Source: Camelus dromedarius
Lineage: Eukaryota
DNA length: 64,000 nt
NCBI RefSeq assembly: GCF_036321535.1
Contig: NC_087436.1
Location: 76,634,001-76,698,000, forward strand
Reading direction: 5' to 3'
Shown here: positions 12,916 through 27,312 of the stretch, in pieces
Position numbering within the stretch: the first letter of the stretch is position 1
Layout: every line of letters begins with the position of its first letter
Program-made: the position numbers and the translations under genes
The notes under the pieces: model-generated
Told to the model about the DNA's origin: nothing
What the model saw: the letters and a program-made list of their open reading frames with translations, nothing else
Databases searched by the model: none

Positions 12916-14494
12916 ATAAGAGAATGAGATTTTCTTTAGCAGATAATATTACAATATTAGTCAAATTTTAAAAACAAGAGGTAAATTCTTAATAATATGT
13001 ACAAAAACACCTTAAAAGAAACTAAAATTAATTCCCAATTTATTTTATCCTTAAATAAATAAAATTTCCAAAGCAATAGAATTTAGTTTACAGTTTCTTA
13101 ATACTCAAATTAGATAGTTTAAAATCATAATGGAGATCTGGTAAAAATTTTAGATTTTAGAATGTTTGAGCAATGGACAAAAATATAATTTAGCACCATA
13201 TGTATTTCAACTATCCATCTTCTTTGTTCAGTGCTCTAATTATCACCTTTTACCATAATAATCAAGATTTCCTTAAGTATAAATAAATGATACTCAACAG
13301 TACAGGTTACACAAGCTTACTTTTCAATTTCCATTAATTTTTAAAGAATATTCCTGGAGGAAGATACATATATCTTCAAAATCTATCAAAAACTGAATGT
13401 TTATTTATGACTGTCCACGTCTATTCTTATAGCAGACTTTGTCCCTTCATAGGATTGTTTTTTAATGTGACACTGTGTGATGGATGTTTTTTAATTGTCG
13501 TTTTAGAATTTCTTTTTATTTTCATTTATTCATTCAATCACAAGAAATCTGTTAACTTTATTTTCGTAGTATTTGACAGGGCACTCTTGTGTATTAAAAA
13601 TGGATGACTTCCCAAAGTGCAGTATGTCTTTACTTCTTGGCTAGCTTCCCATGTGGAAAAATAAGTGTTCATAATTATCTGAAGAAGGGTGTTTGCATAT
13701 TACTCCTTAAGCATATAATTATCTCATATTTTGGGAAGCACTTTCTGTGTAGGCCTACAGCATACTGTATGTTTTCTTTAAAAGGCAAAGTAGCTAAAAA
13801 TGAACGTGTGGAAAATGTGACAGTCATACCATGCTAGCTGTATTTGTTACCATGCCACTATATGATTTAAAAGCCACTAATGCAAAAGGAAAGTGCATGG
13901 TACTTGCTGTGTGTTTCTAATTGGCACAATTTGCTAATACAGTCCTTGACGCCAGAATTCTGTTGTTCACATATCTGATTTAATATAATTAAATGGCAGG
14001 CACTTTTTCCTTGCAATTTTGGAACATCAGAACAAACAGACAAAAAGGCTATGCCCATGAATACTAATTCATAGCAGTTCTTGCTAAATATAAAGTGCCT
14101 TCCTCAAAGGCAGCTATGACAAAGACACTATTAAAAATAAACGCACGAAGAATCCATTTTCTAGAATAGAACTGTATCAAGATTTTCTCTGATTCTCTCC
14201 ATCAGCCTCCAAGTATGCAGCAGGTTGAGCTTTGGAACTCTGATTAAATAAAACCTTTCCTCGTCCCTTACCCAGTTCTACTCACAAGAGTCAGTATCCA
14301 TGCTGACTTTAAAGATCGGGAAGCTGCTCAAGAGAGCAGATGAGATCCGAGCTCTGAGCTGAGACCCCCACCACTCTCCATACAGTTCTGCCTCTCCCCC
14401 TCCCTCACTTCTCCCTACCCAAGGGCCTGACCCCAAACTCTTGATGACAAGGATTTTTCCTGATGACAAGTCTCCTCAGTGCAACCCTAAGTTC

Positions 14495-14830
14495 ACTTAT
14501 TCATCCATTCAGCCATCCACCGAAGATTTACTGAGCATCTACTGGGTGTCAAAGACCGTGTTAGGTACTAGGAGTAAAATACTGTTCCATGCCTTCAGGA
14601 AGTTTACAGTTCAGTGAAGAGAAGTAAATCAACTATGACAATACAGAGAGAAGAGTGCCGCACGGGGCGGGCTGGGGGGTGAGGGGTGGGTATGAGAAAG
14701 CTTCGGGATGCTTAGAAAAAACTTCCTTTCAGAGACCAAGTTTGTGAGGAGGCTTAAAGGGTGAGTAGGAGTTACTGATACGCAGCAGGAAAGGAGAGCA
14801 TTTCAGGCAGAGAACTAACTACAAGTGAGA
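14495..14830 (-). mobile_element. L2 3' end
   Basis: attcatccattcagccatcc…atttactgagcatctactgggtgtcaaagaccgtgttaggtact…gccttcaggaagtttacagttcagtg. Confidence 0.75.
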
Positions 14831-17800
14831 AAGGTGCTGCTCACCCCACTGGGTACAACCCTTGTTATGTAATCAATTTGTAAATGGATGTGAAAAATTA
14901 ATGGTCATGGGAAACAATAATATCCCTGCCTGCCCCTGAAACATCTAGGAAATGTATATCTAAATACTGGTGTAAACCCATCTATAACCAGTGTCTTGAG
15001 AATTGGATTTTCCTAGCGGAACTATTTACCATATTATTTGCCTAATGTTACTCTACCTTTTCTTGTCAGAAGATTTGGTATGTTTTCTTTTGTAATATAA
15101 CAGGAAATATACTCTTACTTGACTTGGTAATCTGGAAGCCCAGAGCTATATTTAAATCTAAATCGTAAGGCCTTGTCATATGTTCCTGTTAAATTTTTTT
15201 TTTTGTCAACCACGTTTTGTTGAAGAATATGTTTTTTGACCTCTCTAACTTTATTTCTAACCATCCTGCTAGTCTGTGTGTCACTCCAGATTATATTTTA
15301 CAAGTAGATACATTGTCAACGCTTATTTCTATAGTAAATTCTTACAAGATAGTCTCTTGAGGGCCTTGATACAGTTATAGAGAATTAAATTACTTAAATA
15401 TACTTGAAATAAAATGCACATTCTCCTAATCACTCATTCCTCATTTTCAAAAAAGAAAAAAAAAAGATGTCTTGTGGGGAACAGTATAACATTTATGAAA
15501 CACATAAAGCCATTATTCTTTACTTACCATAAAATACTCCAGCAATACTTGCTCTGATAGTCTTTATTTCAAAATCAGCCTTGCTGCTTTCACGATGAAA
15601 TTGCGTAAGTAAAGGTTTTAAAAAATATGGTTTTCTAAAAGCACTCAGAATTACTGCTTCTACAACAAAATTCGTTTCCATTCACATATTTATATTATTA
15701 ATGCATATCATGAGTGAGTTGTCTGTGTCGGGCTGCATTCCATAATATATTTTCATTTCTAAAATAAAAGAAATATTCAATATGATTTTCAACGTGTCTC
15801 AGTCCTGATCATTCTTTTTTCCCCACTTTTTATTATTCAAAATATAATTTAAAATGAAAAATAATTTGAAAACCTGGAGAAATTAAAGTAGCATCCTTAA
15901 AATGAAGAATCAGTCTGTGCCACATCTTTTTGAGAATAAAATGTTCTGGGAGATCGTAATGGAACAAAATGCTCACTGGAAGACAGCAATTATAGGACAA
16001 ACAGTACACTCATCAGAGTGCTTGCTGCCACAAATAAATTGAAGGTCCAAATGGCATACATAATCCAAAATTAGAGTAAAGCCTTTTCGAAATCATAGTC
16101 TCAGAAAAGGAAGAATGATGCTTATCATGAAAGAAGAGAGAGCGTATTTTGTTTTAAACACTGAGGAAAAAGACAGCTAGAATCGTGTTAAATAAGCAGC
16201 ATAGGAATTAGAGCCCTTTTATATTTGATTCAGTTCTCATCACAGACTCACCGCTAATCATTTGCCTTCCTCCTCTTTCCTCCTTCATTTTTTTCCGTCC
16301 TTTCCTTTCCTTTCTTTCCTTCATTCTTGCCTTCATTTCTTCTTCCTGCCTTCATTCTTACATATGTTGGATTTGCAAATGCATAGATACACAAGAATAA
16401 TAATTCAGCAGTCATTATGACTTCATATTTTGTACCGATTCTCCTTGTGTCTGCTTTCTATTTTTCCCTCGTTAGATAAGGGTCAGACCCTTTCAGGTTT
16501 CATAAATTTCTAACCACATTCATATCTAAGACTTAACAGGCAGATGCAAATCAGTTCTATTTAATACCAGAGATAAATGCAGAGACTTAAGACTTTCAAA
16601 AAAAAAAAGCACTTAGAACAGCATACTTTCCCCCTTATTGACTTTATTCTCATTATTTCTACAAAGAAAGACGTTATTTACAATGATCTGTTATTTTATC
16701 AAACTCCCAGGAGTAATGGAGTAAGAAATATTCACCTGTATTCCAAAGCATTTGCCTTATTTACATTTTTTTCTGAATAATTTTCAAAGTTGCGGTTTGA
16801 AATAGATTTATTTTATTTCTTATGTTGACATGTAATTGTCTTTGTCCTGATATCGTAAAAACAAAACACTGGAAAATATGTTTAGTTGAAATGGTTGCCT
16901 ATGATCTTTCCGGTGGTTGAAGGGAAAATTTATCTGCAGACTTTCCCATGCAATCTCCAAAATATATTTATCAGCAATTTTACTGATTGACAGCCAAAGG
17001 TTTATAAACCTACATGCTATTAATTTTTAAGCACCAGAGGATAGAACAGTGATAATAGGAAAAAGAAAGAACTCATTAGTTTTCAAGAGAGCATTGGACG
17101 GCACAGATTTTGCAACCAACTATTTATCCGGGCTTTCTCACCATGCTCTTCCAAACGGCTGCCCAATAAATAATAAAAGATTAAAACCTTAAACCTGGAA
17201 AACTTAGAAAAAAATATTAGAAAAATTTTATTTGAGATTATAAAAATCCCCAAGTGATTTACTTGAAGAGACACCTTCATTGCTTCCATGTGCAGGGACT
17301 AATGATGGCCCGGGACCCGGGACTGGCGAGAAGCACTGCTTGGGAAACACAGTCCGAGGGAGGTGATAAAGCAGGCTCTCCGCCTGACTCTCTCACTGTC
17401 GCCTGCGTAGCTTTTTACCATTTGTTACAAGAGAATGATAGTCCATATACATATTTATATGCCTGGACTGTTATGACCCTGATTTTCTTGTTCCAGGACA
17501 GAACTTTTTGTTCTAAGCAGCTCCGTGTCTAGGCAGGGCGACTGCAGTGAGTTTTCATGTCTTGAGCTTAGACACAATAAAAGCAGATTCTAATGACTGG
17601 ACCTGCTCTTAGGCTATTGACATCTGCAGAGACAAGATTTCACAACCACTTTGGCTCTGTCTACACCCTCACTGGCTTCTACAAAGGACTCTTTTAATTA
17701 GGATGTCATGTCTTTAGAATCTGACACTCATTTCATCCCTCTCCTTCTCAAGGCGGTGTATCTTTGATAGTTGCTCCGATGACTATTGAAAGGAGGTTGG

Positions 17801-18289
17801 ATGTGCCTTTTCTGTTGGATAAAACCTGAAGGTATCTTAGCCCGAGTCGCAACCAGGAGATGAAGATGAGGGCTGAGTTTTAATTTGGTCACTTTTATCC
17901 ACGGAATTAGACAAAAGTAAATAATGCTAAAAGAATTTTTGTCTGGAAAGTCTACAAAGCCAGCCACTGCACGTATTCTTTATAAAGCCAAATAGTTCGC
18001 TAAACATTTCATAAATTCTCCTTCCATTTAACAAACAAGTATAAGGAAATGAGAAGCATGAGGCAGAGAGATGAAACCTTCTCTCTTCCGGGACTCGGCT
18101 CAGCTCCTCAGTTATCCTGGGACTGCACGACCTAATGTTATTTCTAAACGCCTTGAATTGTTTGAAACTATTAATGAATATGGTGTCCCCACAAGAGTTA
18201 AAAGTGCTGTTCCCAGGACCTACACTGCAATGGTATGATGGGGTATAAGTAATTCTTCAGACATCTCTGCCTGTAGGAACCTCATCTCT

Positions 18290-18440
18290 ACCTGTGACCA
18301 GCCCTGTGATTTTAATCTCTCTGAGCCTCAGTTTCCTCCTTTGCAAATGGGGTAATTATAAGATTTAGCTCATAAACTGTGATAAAGATAAAAAATAATG
18401 CACTTAATGCCTCACACACAATGAGCACACAATAATTTTA
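18290..18440 (+). mobile_element. MIR SINE
   Basis: ttaatctctctgagcctcagtttcctcctttgcaaatgggg. Confidence 0.75.
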
Positions 18441-19999
18441 TAAGATCATTACTGTTTGTTGATCTTATAAAATTTATTTTTTAGCCACCAAGAATGTTAA
18501 CTGTATGTCCATTACATCAAAGATAGCAAAGAATGTAATACTGTAGTGAAGAAAAACTAATGTAAATGTTTTAGAATCTTCCTAAATATGGCAAAAGATA
18601 GCAGCAGTAGAAAATTAGGGAAAAGAATTTTTTTTCTATCGACCGTTATTGGAAAGAAAATAGAAAAAAAAAAGGGAAGGAGATAAAAGGGAGTTAGGAA
18701 GGGAAGAAATCAGCATTTATCAACAGGAATTATTTTCAGAATGGTGTGTTTCTTAAGTAGAAAAACTTTGTATATCTTTCAATTCAATATTTTGAGAGGA
18801 ATGTATCGGGTTAGAAGATTTGTGTCATGCAAAAGTGTTCATTTTTTTAACAACAGGGTCATTGACATAGTTAAACTCTTAAAATGATATTTGGGTTACT
18901 GCCTATGGGGAATTCATAAAAATATTTTGACCACAATGGTGGAAGAAAACTAAATTTTAATTTTTGGTGCCATTGAAATTGCCTATGATGCCTTGTTCAC
19001 CGCTCAGGCTTTTCCGCCTCTAGACCCGGCTAACAGCATCAGCTAGGTACTCCAGAGGTTTAGTTACTTGCTTAGAGAGCGTGTGAGACCCTTCCCTCTT
19101 CTCTGTAATTCATATTGTACTTCAAGGGGAACTGTGTCACCATTTATACGATGTATTGCGATTTATACGACTGTATTTTGGAGAATTTTTCCAAAACTCC
19201 CAAATCTGTTACTGCTGCGATGCTTCTGTTGTTGTGGTTTTATTTTGTTTTATTTATTTTACTTTTTTGACCATTGCCTCTCTTTCTTCTCAAGATTCAG
19301 TATTCTTCATTTATCTGCATTGATTTCTGGCATTTGCCATCTTTTAGCCCTGCTTCTGACTGCATAGTTCTTTCTTATTTACTTTTCTTCTGACTTTCTT
19401 ATCATCTGCAATGTGGAGTTTTTCCTCTGGGTCACACTATAAAGTCAGTCCAACGTATAGCACAGATCTCTCTGGGTTTGGGTCTTCTCTGATAATTTTT
19501 GTATGTTTTTAAAAGACAAGCTTGAGTGCTTTATGTTGTGTATTTATGTCTCAGAAGGTGAAGCTTAACCTCTTTAGAAGATCGTTATCCTTGAATTTTA
19601 ATTCTAATATTAAATGTAGCCCTTTTTAGAATCTTGAAAAACCAATCAATAAAAGCCTTCTACATCCTCCATCTATAAAACAGGATCAAATATTTGTGTC
19701 TTTTACTTGTGCAAATGTGGATACCTTAGAAAGCAAAAGCCTTCTTTCACCTTAGTGTGTATTTTTAAAAACTAACATCTAGCTGCTATCAGTAGCTCTG
19801 TCAGCTGGGAATTTTAATTGGAAAGTCTAGAAATTTTAGAGAAAAAAAGAATTTTAAGGAAGAGCAAATTTTATAGAGAACTAAATTTTCTGATCATAGG
19901 TTAAGAGGAGAAACTAAAGAAAATTGTGAGGAATAGAGGTGGTAGAATTTTGACTGCTTAATTTTTTGACAGCAGTTCTAATGGTGTCTTAATGAATTA

Positions 20000-20790
20000 C
20001 AGACATTATGGTGTAAGTAACATTCCATATAGATTTTGATATGCCTAATTATTGCCTTTATACATTTTACCATGGAGCTGCTCAATTTATTTCTTATTCA
20101 TTAGTAAAAGTTCTTTGTCTACTAGGAATAACCCATTGTCACATGTATTGGAAACATTTTGATTGTAGTATTTATCTTTTGATTCTGTTGCTGCTATAGT
20201 TTCTCAAAATACATTGAAAATATTCTCTATAATCAGACCTCTCAGTCTTTCCAATATATCTGTGTTATCTTGGATAAGATGGCCTTCCTGTTCCATATAA
20301 ATGCATAGATATAAATAGATTGGATAGATGAAAAGATAGATAGACAGACAAGGATAGACAGAGGAGAGAGAGATCTGGTTGTGGCAGAATAGAGAGAGAG
20401 AGATGAATCAGGTAGAGACAGGTAAAGGTAGTCCTTAAGAAAGTTATTCTCGAGTGTGATTTTAGTTAGGAGTTTAACTATGGCCAGAACCATTCATTTA
20501 TACACTTACTCTTATTTCACTGTCTTATTGTGCTGTTTGCAGCTTTAAAACCTTTTTTTTAACTGATAAGGGAAGTTCTTCCCTAATATTCTTCTTTTTC
20601 AAAATTTCTTGGCAATTCTTACACTCTTATTGTTTCATATGTATTTTTCAATTATTTTGATCAGGTAAAACAAGATACTTTGGAATTCTGATTGCAATTT
20701 TATTAAATGTGTATATAGATTGGGATAGTTTTACATCCTTGAAATATTAACTCTTTTCAACCAGAAACATGGTATGTCTTCCTGAATGTT
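20000..20790 (-). mobile_element. Degenerate L1M(E) fragments with a GATA/GA-rich low-complexity tract
   Basis: tcttctttttcaaaatttcttggcaattctt…ttggaattctgattgcaattttattaaatgtgtatatagattggg…ccagaaacatggtatgtc is antisense L1 ORF2-like. Confidence 0.55.
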
Positions 20791-23599
20791 AAACATTGTT
20801 GGTTTCAAATTCCACCTCTTATTTGTTAATTCATATTAAGCCTCTAAATATCAATTTTCTCAACTAAATTTGTCCTAAAAATAACTTCTTGCAGGATGAT
20901 TTAAAACTCTAAGAAGAAAACATTTGATGTCTTTTTAGAAGATAAATTTAATGCTCTAACACAGTAGGCCTGTCCTTCCATTCAATCTGAGCCCCACCTC
21001 TAGTGAGAGAAGGGAAGTGAGGGACGAGTATAGAAAGATGGTGATTTTAGACATTTATGAGCCACTTTCTACCAGCTAATAGCAGTCATTAAAATCCTAT
21101 TAATATGGTATTCACAAATCGTACTACTTGGATCAACCTTTAAAAGTCATTATTTTTTTTTTCAGTCCTTCTCCCAAAGAACCTCAAACCTCCATAGAAA
21201 ATGAAGCAAGAGATAGATTAATTGTGATGCTGAGAAATGTTCAGTTAGTCTCAGGCATGACTGAAATCAATATGCAATATAACTTGAAGGAACGAGGTCT
21301 CCAAGTACTTAAAATAAACAAATGACAGCAGCAACAAAACCCTCTTCTTGACCCTTTACTGTAATTGGCTGGATCATGTCTTCATTCCAAGCTTTGGGTT
21401 TCCTCTTAACTTGTCCTTAAAGTTATTTACTTCCTTTCTCCTCCCCTGGGAGCTCACGGCAGTTTGTGGTCTTTAGTTGCTCCTTTGGGTCTGATCAGAG
21501 TAACTTACACATTTCAAGCATCCAGCCAATGCCAACCTGGAGAGCAGGACCTGCCTTTCCACCAGGCTGGTCCTGTCCTCCGGTGCTTACCCTGCTATCT
21601 TATCCTGTGAGTTCAGCTGCCACGACCAGAACTCCTCAGGGCAGTCCTGTTATCAAGAGAGATTATGCTAAGTGGGCTTTGTTACTGGGGAAATTGTCAT
21701 TATCACTATTAATTAATAAATAATATCAGCCAAGAAGACTTACTTCGTGCTCATTAAATGCCCAGCCCTGTACCAGATATTACCCATATTTAAAGAAACA
21801 TTTTGTTTTAAGAAATGGCTTATTAAAGTATTCCAATTGAGGTAAAAAAATATTAAATTCATAGAAGTTAAATCTGGCATAAGTTCATAAAACTAGTTAA
21901 GTACTGAACTTAAGATTGTGAGTCACAGTGATGCTGCATTTCAGTTAAATTGCTAGGGATCTATTCATTGATTTAGGTAAGGCTATTTAATAAGACTTTA
22001 GCAGACAGAAAACTGAGAGGAGAGGGTACAATCAAATGCCCATTTCTCGATCATTAGTTTCACCTCTGTTTCCTTATTCCATACTTCCTTCTCAAGAAAT
22101 ACCATACATATTAACAAGTTCACTGTCTCCATTATTTGCAAATTAATTGATAGGTGGGGTAAAGATCTGAAGTCACAAAAATGGATTTGTTTATGATCTT
22201 TGAAGAGCATCTATTTTGTAGTGTAAAGTTACTTTATAACTCTCATCCAGGATACTTTAATACTTGTTGGAGTTTACCCTCATTTGCTATTTAAGGAGCT
22301 CACAGTTTAGAAAGTTATTTCACTATTGCATTTTTGCTATGTTTCTCGTATATTTAATCTCTAGTTTATACACGTAGATCCAATACTGCCTCTTTAAATA
22401 TATGGCTACACTTCACTTAGAAGTGCTTATCTGTTTATGACGGTGTTTATCTGTCAGTCAGTCAGCTAGTATTTATTGAGGGCCCACAGAGTATGTGCGT
22501 GTTTGTGAATACCAAGCTTGTAGATTATTTAATTTTGAAAAATGGTACTTGTAAATCCTGGCAGACTAACACTATAATGAGGATAATATTGTTTCCCAAA
22601 ACCTATTCTGTGTAAATGCTATTGTAACTGAGTCTTTTGGCCTCCAATACATTAATCACATGCACTTGGTATGTCTCCCATGAGAGTGACCTAATGCACA
22701 ATTGAATTTTTGTTGTTAATACTCCTAATGTTTGGTCTGTAACGGGATCACTCCCCTGGCTAGATTTGTGCTGTGAGCTCATGAATTGCTCACTGTAGAC
22801 ATACTCACACTCTGGATATCAGAATGAGAATGAAATCTAGCCTAGAAGCATCTATCTGTGATTCTTTATAGCTGTGTCATTGGAGTAATCTTAGGAAACT
22901 TAGCCTCACCAGGCTTCAGTCTCCTGCTGACAGAAATGTTGATAGTAATCATTACAGTCATATTAACATGAACAGCAGATACCTGTTAAATATTTACTAT
23001 GTTCCATTCTTTGCTAAGAGTTTTAGGTAGATTATTTTAAAAGAATTCTTATAAAAAACCTCTTTTACCTCTCCACCAGCATCATACCACCCACACCTAA
23101 CTTACAGCATTTCAGTGGCTTCTCAATGCTTTAGGATAAACACTAAAATTCTTTTATACAGCCTGTGTGTTTCCATACCTCTGATGGTTTTTCGCTCCTG
23201 CTCCCCTTGGCTCTATGATTGCATCAGCCACACCAGGCTTGCTTGCTTTTTTCTCATCAATTCCTTGAATATACCATATTCCCCATCTTCCTACTGAAGA
23301 TAAGCTAAGGAGGAATATTTGCAACATATACGACCAAAAGCTCCATATAATTAGACCAGAAGCAGCTACTTAAATCAGTTGGGGAGAGAATATTATCTAA
23401 GTAGAAAAAAATAAGCAAATCACTATGAAGAGGCATTTCATAAACTGGGAAACACAAATTGAGATAAATATTCATGCTCAATTTCACTAGTTTTTAAAGA
23501 AATGCAAATTGAAGCAATGAGATGGGCTATTTGCCTTTGGGGGTTCCTAGCGTTGACAGAGACAGGCAGAAAAAGAGAATTCTAATATTTTTCTCATCC

Positions 23600-24745
23600 A
23601 CTTTTTTATGTATATACTAAGATGCCAGTGATGTGTATCACGGCATAATTTATGTAGTATTAATGGGAAGATCTACACCATTCACCTAAGTGTAATATAT
23701 GGGAACACAAGAAAGAATCAGTGAGTAACAGAATATTGATAAATTGTTTCACAGTATATTTGATATCACAGAGAAACCTATAAAATCAGTACAAAGCCAG
23801 TATTTCACATTTTTTATTGTACTGATGAAATGTATAAAACCATATTTGCAATAAAGGTAGCAACCAGCAAGTGTCACAACAGTGTTTGGACCTAAACACT
23901 TGAGATATTCTGTCTTCTAAAGAAAAGTATCAGATTGAATGCCATGTGTTTATCACTTAACAGCAAGAGTACACGATGCAGTCGATGAGTTGATAAGCCA
24001 CCTGCAACTGCTTGTCAAAAGCCTAAGTATGTACAGCTTGTAAATAGCACCAGTCAAAATAAAATTACAGAAGAGTTAAAATGTAAGCAGTGGGGAAAAC
24101 AGTGCACAACTATTGTACTAAGTTGAGATTAACTCTGCCCAATTACTTTTATACTTTTATTTTGAAATAATTATCAATGCACAAGACATTACATATAGTG
24201 GAGTGGTTCTGTGTTCCATTCACTGAGTTCCTCCCTGTGATTACATCTTATGTAACAATAGAAAAATATTAAGTCCAGAAAATTGCTATTGATGCAATGT
24301 GTCTGCACCATTTTATTACATGCGCCACACAAAACACGTGTATGACATGTAGATTTTTACAACCACCACTACGATCATGGCACAGAGTCAGTCCATTGCC
24401 ACAAAGATCTCCTTCATGCTTCCCTTTATAGTCACACCCTTCTCCCTCTTCTCTCTCACCTCTAACCCCTAGTAACCTCTAATCTCTTCTCCATCTCTAC
24501 AATTTTATCATTTTGATCTTTCATATTTAGTTTTGTGAGCATTTGTCAACATGAATTTTAAAAGCAATAACACTTTGAGAAATATTTCAGAAATAAGCAT
24601 CACGGCTCTTAAAATTTGATAAGGTGACAACATTAGGTGAATTTGCATGTGGCTTAACTAATTTTGATAATTCTAAACCAATGAGCTCATTCAAAAGATC
24701 AGAAACTGCTGACAGTGGCAACTACAGTACCAACTAGAATACATT
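23600..24745 (+). mobile_element. Possible ancient hAT-type transposase remnant, interrupted by the L1MB piece
   Basis: aaactgctgacagtggcaactacagtacca (~24703-24732) reads KLLTVATTVP, similar to the hAT dimerisation motif (KLLxxxxTxP). SQYFTF…DE at ~23795-23828 is reminiscent of the first catalytic-Asp region. Weak evidence. Confidence 0.3.
24145..24520 (-). mobile_element. L1MB-like 3' end
   Basis: tttattttgaaataattat…aaccaccactacgatcatggcacagagtcagtccattgccacaaagatctccttcatgcttccctttatagtcacacc…aatctcttctccatctctacaattttatcattt. Confidence 0.8.
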
Positions 24746-26136
24746 GTCTTATTCTGTAAGCAAACCCTTTTTTAATCAACTGATATAACTTTTATAATGA
24801 ATAGATTCTATTTTACCTCATCTACTAATCTATTTCCTCCAAAGACTAACCATTCATACATACAAATAAAGCATGCATTTAGCAACTACCACGCACCTAA
24901 TGCTGCATTACTATTGTATGAAAAAAACATATAGCCTTGAAGAGCCTAAAATACAATGAAGTTATTTTTAAATCTTCTCTCATTACACTTTATTTTTCTA
25001 GTCTCATTTATTAAGCACAAAGTGACTTCGGCATAATTGTTATATAACTGTTCGTTTTAAATATTGTGATGCCACGTTTTTTGAAAGAGTTGATACAATC
25101 AAAGGATGCTATGAATGTAAACAGAAGTCTCCATTTGCCTCTGTTCATTAACTAAAGCTTAGACTATTTGTGTCCTGTTTTGGACCAGAGTTCTATTCCA
25201 ATTATCTTTGGATTTGTAGTTCAATTAAACCTTGATAGCCTGATCCAAGGATGCATTCAATCATCCAGCACAGAAAGCTAAACTCGTTTTTGCACATTCA
25301 GTACCAGATAATCCAGATTTTCTCTATGTTAATAGATATTTGGGCATGGAGAGAAAACTGCATCAATCTGTATTGGCTATATTAGTGCAAAGTAACCAGT
25401 GCCAGAGCTTCATTTCCTGTGTAGATTTGATGTATAAGGAAGCAAATAACTATGAAACAAATAGGCTACTCAGAGTAGAAGCAATATGTTACTTTGGAAG
25501 TGATAATTTGTATATAATAATGACCATGACATATGTGTGTTTTATTCTATGAGTACATTTACAAGATAAGTTGACATATATTGCAGGGATGTTATTGGAA
25601 ATAGAATACTCAGTAAAGAAAATGGTATAATAAAATACAGAGGTGTGTTTTGTTGCCATTGTTGTTTCTTTTGTATTTATTTCCTTGGTTTTGTGTCTTT
25701 TCTTCCAAAGGTAACAATTGAAAATATGTAATTTAGATTGATAGACAAGCATTTGATATCCAGCTCTAATATTTATCACTTGTGTGGCCTTGACCAAGTA
25801 TTCTCATTTATAAAATCTAATACTATTATTTCCACTTGGAATTTGTAGCAAATTAAGAAAGGTTTCTGAGAGGACAGTAACACCTACCAGTCTTTTACAT
25901 CGTGCAATCTCCCTGGAATCAGCCAGACCAGAAGGGCTCAATCAACGACTCTGCTGGCAATAAGAATGAAGAGAATGAAAAAGCGTGAGACTCATCATAG
26001 CCCTCTTCACACTAGAGAAGCAGAGAAAAGGCAGAATGAGGAATCAAGGAACCAAGGCAGCCTTAGCAGAAGCAGATGCCTGTGTGGGAGGAGAGGCTAT
26101 CTGTTGACTGCCAGGCACCTGCAGATAAATAAATGC

Positions 26137-26462
26137 TGTTATGCATTGAATTCATATGTTGAGTTTCTAATCCTCCATTTGACTACATATGGAGATAGGA
26201 TTTTTAAAGAGTTAATTAAGGTTAAACGAGATGATAAGGGTGGGGTCCTAGAACTGCTATCCTTATAGGAAGAGAGACACAAGGGATGTATGTGCACAGA
26301 CAAAAGGCCATCTAAGGACACAGTGAGCAGACAGCCATCTGCGTGCCTAGGAGAGAGGTCCTAGGAGAAATCAAACCTGCCTACACTTTAGTGTTGGACT
26401 TCCAGCCTCCAGAATTGTGAGAAATCGACGTTAAGCCACCCAGTCTTTGGTATTTTGTTATT
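26137..26462 (+). mobile_element. MaLR LTR, MLT1B-like
   Basis: tgttatgcattgaattcatatgttga…aggccatctaaggacacagtgagcagacagccatctgc…ttggacttccagcctccagaattgtgagaaat. Confidence 0.85.
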
Positions 26463-26469
26463 CTCCCAG

Positions 26470-27312
26470 TAACCAAATTTGGAACAATTAGAGCAACAAA
26501 ATAAATAATGATAGTATTTCATTATAACCTATTAGCATAAAATAAACATCCATGAGTCCATATTGATATAAACAAGTAATTTAGTAAATAAATAAATGAA
26601 GTAGAAGCTCCTTTTTTACACGTGTTTAGGAGGACTGAGGGAAATATAGAATTATCATTAGGTAAACACGATCGTTGTTAATTGCTGCGAGATCCACCAA
26701 CAGATGAAAACGGCAGTGGGTGATAGTTTGAGGAGAAGTAGAATATTTGCAGAGCTTCAAAATATCTGTCCCAAGATATTTATCAGCTGCCAAGGGAAAA
26801 TAGTAAATTTACATTAGAGAGAACAAGCAAATACCATGTTAGTTATGCGATTTCAAGTTTCCACTATTGATTATAACGCATATGAAAATCATTTTCCTCT
26901 TGTTGTAATGTAGTGAAAAGAACACGTCACTTCTGTAGTTTTCTTGCTGAAATGTAGAACCTCATTCTAATCATGAGACAATATCAGACAATAAAAAATA
27001 ACTGACCATGAGTATGAAAAATATCAAGTCGTGGAAGATAGGAAAAGGCTCAGGAACTGTCACAGCTTGGAGAAGAATGAGGGGACACAACTGTGGAGCT
27101 GGAAAGGGTTGTAAGGGGAAATTGAAATTTGAATAGGTCTGTGGTTCAGCTGAGAGTAACATGCCAAAGTTAATTTCCTGGTCTTGATCATTGTACTGTG
27201 GTTTTGAAAATTATTAACATGACGGGAATCAGAGTGAAGTGTATGCGTGTACTATCTATGCTATATTTTCAACTTTTCTGTGAGTTTTAAGTTATTTCAA
27301 AATTTTAAAAAA
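26470..27312 (+). mobile_element. L1MC-like 3'UTR
   Basis: aaccaaatttggaacaatt…aaataaacatccatgagtccatattgatata…aagttaatttcctggtcttgatcattgtactgtggtt…caacttttctgtgagttttaagttatttcaaaat. Confidence 0.8.

Noticed and set aside
17290..17410. Mildly GC/CpG-rich patch considered as a promoter
   Set aside because: Too short and CpG-sparse for a CpG island, with no downstream gene structure.
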